A DNA stretch of 62,982 nucleotides, filler included, from an uncultured Methanosarcinales archaeon (lineage in GTDB: Archaea; Nanobdellota; Nanobdellia; Woesearchaeales; CAYNLP01): the NCBI GenBank assembly GCA_964398115.1. It is 7 parts of 7 records of this genome, joined end to end, with 100 filler letters (N's around TTAATTAATTAA, not from the genome) between each part and the next. Parts side by side here need not be neighbours in the genome. Positions count along the whole stretch, not along the records: positions 58,461 to 62,982 come from CAYNLP010000038.1; 6 more parts are not named here. One strand, 5' to 3'. A program made the position numbers and the translations under genes. A model generated the notes under the pieces. The model saw only the letters and a program-made list of their open reading frames with translations, ran no database searches and was not told the origin of the DNA. Numbering within the stretch: the first letter of the stretch is position 1; the number at the start of each line of letters is the position of its first letter. Positions 58,814 through 62,982 of this stretch are shown here, piece after piece.

Positions 58814-59097
58814 ACTTTCAAGAAAAAGTATCCAATTACATAGAAAGAAACCATTTAGAAACAAATCCAGAACACCGCATGCTAGATCTTGTAAGTAAAG
58901 AAATACTGAAAATGACAAACTATGGAAAAAAGGAACCAGAATATCGTAAAGAAATAAAAGACGAATTAGGAGACGCATTCTTCTCGCTTGCAGCAGTAGC
59001 TAACCATTTCAATATAGACTTAGAAAAAGCACTCTCTAAATCACTCGAAAAATACGATGACAGAATGACAGACGGTGATCCAAGCAGTAATGGTTGA
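58810..59097 (+). CDS. MazG-like NTP pyrophosphohydrolase (first ExxE motif apparently missing)
   Basis: RMLDLVS-KEILK; DELGDAFFSL...ANHFNIDLE.AL. Confidence 0.7.
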   Translation: MNFQEKVSNYIERNHLETNPEHRMLDLVSKEILKMTNYGKKEPEYRKEIKDELGDAFFSLAAVANHFNIDLEKALSKSLEKYDDRMTDGDPSSNG

Positions 59098-59740
59098 AGC
59101 AATAATCTTCGACATGGACGGACTCTTTATAGACAGCGAACCGATGCACTGGAAAGCATGGAACCTGATAGCTCAAAAGTATGGTTTAGAAATTTCTAAA
59201 AACAAATACCACGACTTTGTAGGTAAGGGATCAACCGCAGTAACAAATTGGATACGCGAAAATGGCGAAGGCACAGAAGGAATAACTCATGAAGACTTAG
59301 AAAAAGAGAAAATTAAGAATAACGAAAAACTTTACCATATGGCACAAGTCAGACGTGGAGCAAAAAAACTAGCTCTTGAAATGAAAAACAAATACAAAAT
59401 CGGTATGGCCAGCACATCTAGAAAGAACACGGTCAAATCACTACAAAAAGAAACAGACACGGAAAACTTATTTGAAGTATCTGTTGGTGGAGATGAAGCA
59501 GAAAACATCAAACCCGCACCAGACATTTACTTACTCGCAGCAAAGAAGCTTGGAGTAAATCCAGAAAAGTGTGTAGCTTTAGAAGACTCCCCTACTGGAG
59601 TAGAAGCAGCAAACAACGCCGACATGATTTCAATAGCGGTACCTAACAACTACACAAGAGGAAGGGATTTCAGCCATGCAGACTTTGTAGCCGACAGTTT
59701 TGAAGAAGCTAAAGCTTTTATCAAATCACTCAATTCCTAA
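59090..59740 (+). CDS. HAD-family phosphatase (beta-PGM-like)
   Basis: IFDMDGLFIDSE, KPAPDIY, LEDSPTG. Confidence 0.9.
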   Translation: MVEAIIFDMDGLFIDSEPMHWKAWNLIAQKYGLEISKNKYHDFVGKGSTAVTNWIRENGEGTEGITHEDLEKEKIKNNEKLYHMAQVRRGAKKLALEMKNKYKIGMASTSRKNTVKSLQKETDTENLFEVSVGGDEAENIKPAPDIYLLAAKKLGVNPEKCVALEDSPTGVEAANNADMISIAVPNNYTRGRDFSHADFVADSFEEAKAFIKSLNS

Positions 59741-60145
59741 ACTTTTCAAAGCTTGCTGGCACTGTTCTTCACCAAACCGTCTTTCCAATTCTGCCCTTGC
59801 AGCAGGTCCTTCAAAAACCTTCGCACCACGATACTCATGAGGCCCTTTGTATTCTCTCGCAACCCCGATACTAGAAGAATCAACCTTTCTCATGCCAGAA
59901 ATTCTAACATCCCCTTCATGAGATTTTAGATCTGATCCTAGCGTGACATAAGTGTCAAATGGAACTACCAAACCATCTTCGTCAGATATTTCTTGTGCTT
60001 GAATGCCAAAGTAATAGTTTTCTTCCGTTGGAAAACTCCTAGTTGAATTAGAAAATGTAGGTGTATGACCCATATCTAAGAGTTCAGACTCTACAACTAA
60101 GACCAAATCCGAAATTTCTAACTCTTCTCCCTCTCCCATTACCAA
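59726..60145 (-). CDS. Hypothetical protein
   Basis: 139-aa ORF. Confidence 0.5.
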   Translation of the reverse strand: MVMGEGEELEISDLVLVVESELLDMGHTPTFSNSTRSFPTEENYYFGIQAQEISDEDGLVVPFDTYVTLGSDLKSHEGDVRISGMRKVDSSSIGVAREYKGPHEYRGAKVFEGPAARAELERRFGEEQCQQALKSLGIE

Positions 60146-60172
60146 AGATTAGAAAATATTAGTATTTAAAAT

Positions 60173-60775
60173 TTATTCTTCTAAGAAGTCTTCAACTTCG
60201 TATTCGAATTCGTCCTCGCTGTCTATCTCGCCTTTAATCTTCTGCATTTCTCTAGCGAGTAGGTAGAACAACATTGCCAAGCTTTTCTTACCTTTATTAT
60301 TGCAAGGAATGACCAAGTCAAGGTTGTTCGCCTCGTTGTTGCTATCGCTTAACGCGCACGTAACTATCCCCATCTTTAAAGCGTCTTTAATCGCGTTCCT
60401 GTCTGGCCACGCGTCTGTCACCAGCATTATCTCTGCTTCAATAAAGTCATCCAGGTTGCTATTGGTTAATATTCCCGGCGGATATCTTTGGGGTAATATC
60501 TGCACGCCTGTGATTTCATGGAACGTTTCTAATGGCGTCCATCCGTTTTCTCGCCTGCTAACTATCAAGATATCCTCTGGTTCGTATTGGCTTAAGAAAT
60601 TGGCTAGAATTCTTATTCTTTGATCGATTGCCTCAATGTTTAAAACGTTTAAACCATCTGGCCTCGTCTTGTATATGAAGTTCTCCATATAGTCAGTTTT
60701 GAATTTAGTTCCGATGTGGATTCCGGCTTTCAAGTATTCTTCGTTTGGTACTAGTAGTTCTTGATTTTCTGACAT
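60173..60775 (-). CDS. rps2: 30S ribosomal protein uS2 (archaeal type)
   Basis: YLKAGIHIGT, FIYKTRPDGL, RYPPGILTN, DLVIPCNNKG. Confidence 0.96.
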   Translation of the reverse strand: MSENQELLVPNEEYLKAGIHIGTKFKTDYMENFIYKTRPDGLNVLNIEAIDQRIRILANFLSQYEPEDILIVSRRENGWTPLETFHEITGVQILPQRYPPGILTNSNLDDFIEAEIMLVTDAWPDRNAIKDALKMGIVTCALSDSNNEANNLDLVIPCNNKGKKSLAMLFYLLAREMQKIKGEIDSEDEFEYEVEDFLEE

Positions 60776-60890
60776 TTTGTTTTATTCCTCCGGGCAGCAG
60801 AAACAAATGTTCTCCTGCCATTCATATTCTCGCCCGAATGGCACGCGCAGAGTCCCTCTCGGCCATTCTCTACGCTGGGCTGTACTCGTT
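60776..60890 (-). promoter_or_regulatory. GC-rich structured 5' leader of rps2 (candidate r-leader)
   Basis: TATA-like TTTTTAAAA near 60906-60914; on the mRNA, two GAATGGC and one GCCATTC; TTCGGGC can pair with GCCCGGA overlapping the GGAGG SD. Confidence 0.5.
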
Positions 60891-60916
60891 GGAGAAAAAA
60901 GAGTGTTTTAAAAAGG

Positions 60917-61579
60917 TTATCCTTTCGTTGCTTTAAACAAGGTGTTATATGTTCTCCCCGCATCTTCATCTTTCACTATCAATACGAGGTTTGTATGTGT
61001 TGAAAGTATGTCTACTAAGCTAATTCCTTCTTCAGCTATTAATCCTAGCAAGTAATGGAATACTCCTGGCACTCCAACCATCTCCTCTGGTGTCCTAATG
61101 GTTATCATCGCCAAATCTTTTTCTTTTCTTATAAACTCTTTATCTTCAATTCTTTCTTCTATCAAGTGTTGGTTTTTGTTTTCTATTACCACGGCTATTT
61201 CTGTTAAGCTCTGATAAATATATATTTTATCTCCTTTCTCCCAATCAATTTCATCATAAGCTTCTAGTACTGTTTGATAGTTTTCAGGCGTTCTCGTTAA
61301 CGTGAAATCTACCACATCTCCTTCCATTCGAAGTTCGCATTTTTTCAGTGCTTTTTCCATTTTTTCAGAAAGAGGATTTTCTTCCAAATTTTTGGCATAT
61401 CTCTTCACCGCCATTATAACGGCGTTGTTATTGACTTCTTTTTCTACTTTTTCTTCTACTTCGGGTTTTATGTGACGAGCTAAACCTGAATAATTTACTG
61501 CTCCTATATTTATAGTGTCTTTTATGAAAGGTTTCTGATTTAGTACTTCTTTTACGGCTTTTGCCACGCTTTTCGACAT
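60917..61579 (-). CDS. ACT-domain-containing putative regulator
   Basis: VNYSGLAR, AVIMAVKRY; C-terminal ACT (VPGV...L.LIAEEGISLVDILST). Confidence 0.8.
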   Translation of the reverse strand: MSKSVAKAVKEVLNQKPFIKDTINIGAVNYSGLARHIKPEVEEKVEKEVNNNAVIMAVKRYAKNLEENPLSEKMEKALKKCELRMEGDVVDFTLTRTPENYQTVLEAYDEIDWEKGDKIYIYQSLTEIAVVIENKNQHLIEERIEDKEFIRKEKDLAMITIRTPEEMVGVPGVFHYLLGLIAEEGISLVDILSTHTNLVLIVKDEDAGRTYNTLFKATKG

Positions 61580-61638
61580 TTATAACACCCAAAAACAATT
61601 ATGTTAAATATTGGTCATAACTTATTTAAATTTAACTA

Positions 61639-62020
61639 CTTGTCCTTGTTATCTACTATGAATCCAACTGTAACTGCAGGAGCTGGAGAAAGAAGCAAAT
61701 TAGAAAGAGAAGTGGAAAGAACAGAAAAGTCTGGAGATACACCAATATTTGCTTCAGAAAATCACGCACCCTACTTAAACCCAAGAATCGTTGGAGAAGA
61801 CCTTTATCTTAAACCGGACGGTTTTGATTCACAAGACCGAGCAGAAGCTGTTAGAGAATTCCAAAACGAACATGGAAGCGTAGACTTTGTAGTTGCAGAA
61901 ACCAGCCACACTCAAAGAGGGCTATACGAAAGTCTCAAACTAAGAGGCTACAAAGGTGAAAGACTACCTTCAGAAAGCAATTCAGAAAAGAAATATCCAG
62001 AACCACGACAACCCGTTTAA
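61639..62020 (+). CDS. Hypothetical protein
   Basis: ATG at 61639 after an AT-rich promoter-like region. Confidence 0.45.
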
Positions 62021-62982
62021 CCCCAACGTTGCATTATAAAATTCCTAATTTGTTGATTTTCTTTAGAAATTGGTTGTAGCCACATCCCTTGTAACTCTCT
62101 ATCCCACACCTTACCCCCTTGTTCTGAAAACTCATAAGTATAGAGTTGAATCCTTATATATCTAGGCGGATCGTTTGGGAAAGGGTTCTTTTCTAATAAC
62201 TTCTCTGCTTGTGGATTATCATTTAGCAACATCCAAACGTAATGAATGAGCCAAGGGTTGTGTCTAGGTCTTTGCATAGCGGCAAACCAAAATTGCCAAT
62301 CTATCCTCGGCTGATAAGGCGCTATCACTGGTAAACTTTCATTAACAGGCGTAGGCTTAGCCTTAAAATCATACTCCTTCCACTCCGTGTCAGAACTTAT
62401 AGTCGGATCTCGTGTTCCTTCAATCACCAATTCTCTTCTAGTTTCAGTCACGCTTCCGAAAGCTCCATACGTGTTTACAAAATGCCACTTGTTATAAGAA
62501 GTATTCATCGCCTGATTCGGACTTATCAAGTTAGCAAAGACAGGAACGCTCTGCCACACTACAAATATTACCAACACCCAAGTGATTAATTTCCTCCACT
62601 TCCCAGATTTTCGCTTATTATTTTGTGCTCTTCTAGATTTCTTTACAACCCATTCTGGCAAAATCTTTTTGAGGAAGTCATCATCAAAGTAAGAAATGAT
62701 CGCTACCATAGTCACGAGGTTAAGAAACGCGTAATTACCGGTGAGCATTATCAGGAATTGGAAGGCTAGCATTATAGCTCCTCCCCAGTTTCGAAGTTTC
62801 TTTCCGAACGCTATGAAGAAAGGTACTACTGTTTGTACGAAGTGTGTGAGTGCAGTGCTGACATTCTGTATAAAGTTAGGAAGAGAGTGAAAGAAAGGGC
62901 TCAAAGGGTTTGGTATAGGCTGGGTTTCGTAATGGTGGTAAAGACAAGTGAGTTTATCCCAACACTCATCCCCTCTAATTTT
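62017..62982 (-). CDS. Lipase maturation factor (LMF) family membrane protein (5' partial)
   Basis: HYETQPIPNPLS, TGNYAFLN, VNTYGAFG, PYQPRIDWQFWFAAM. Confidence 0.9.
   Translation of the reverse strand, partial: KIRGDECWDKLTCLYHHYETQPIPNPLSPFFHSLPNFIQNVSTALTHFVQTVVPFFIAFGKKLRNWGGAIMLAFQFLIMLTGNYAFLNLVTMVAIISYFDDDFLKKILPEWVVKKSRRAQNNKRKSGKWRKLITWVLVIFVVWQSVPVFANLISPNQAMNTSYNKWHFVNTYGAFGSVTETRRELVIEGTRDPTISSDTEWKEYDFKAKPTPVNESLPVIAPYQPRIDWQFWFAAMQRPRHNPWLIHYVWMLLNDNPQAEKLLEKNPFPNDPPRYIRIQLYTYEFSEQGGKVWDRELQGMWLQPISKENQQIRNFIMQRWG

Noticed and set aside
60751..60969. 72-aa ORF upstream of rps2
   Set aside because: Overlaps both flanking genes and the promoter; better explained as non-coding leader

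Overview
This window is not contiguous DNA. It holds seven contigs joined by 100-nt artificial linkers (N-run/TTAATTAATTAA/N-run), apparently ordered by decreasing length as in a draft MAG or SAG. Contigs 4-7 look like a small-genome, DPANN-like archaeon (Woesearchaeota/Pacearchaeota style, acidic proteins): archaeal uS2, RadB, archaeal-type ValRS, CysRS, a CCA-less tRNA-Thr, a SAMP, a KaiC/RAD55 ATPase, a glycogen cluster and a dense toxin-antitoxin island. Contig 1 (TtuA/NcsA, S-layer-like protein) fits the same organism. Contig 2 (11664-21621) is a podovirus-like virion module with bacterial signals and is probably misbinned. Contig 3 is a cluster of surface-protein genes. The most notable observations are: (i) two bacterial sigma-70-family genes (one RpoD/SigB-like with an in-frame stop, one ECF-like with an extra N-terminal HTH) on archaeal-looking contigs; (ii) a translationally coupled operon of three diverged PD-(D/E)xK nuclease-like paralogs; (iii) TA cassettes separated by a recurring multi-hairpin repeat; (iv) a possibly switchable structured leader upstream of archaeal rps2; (v) a DnaA box, sigma70 promoter and pseudoknot-like element in the phage contig. 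All calls come from reading motifs by eye; no searches were run.
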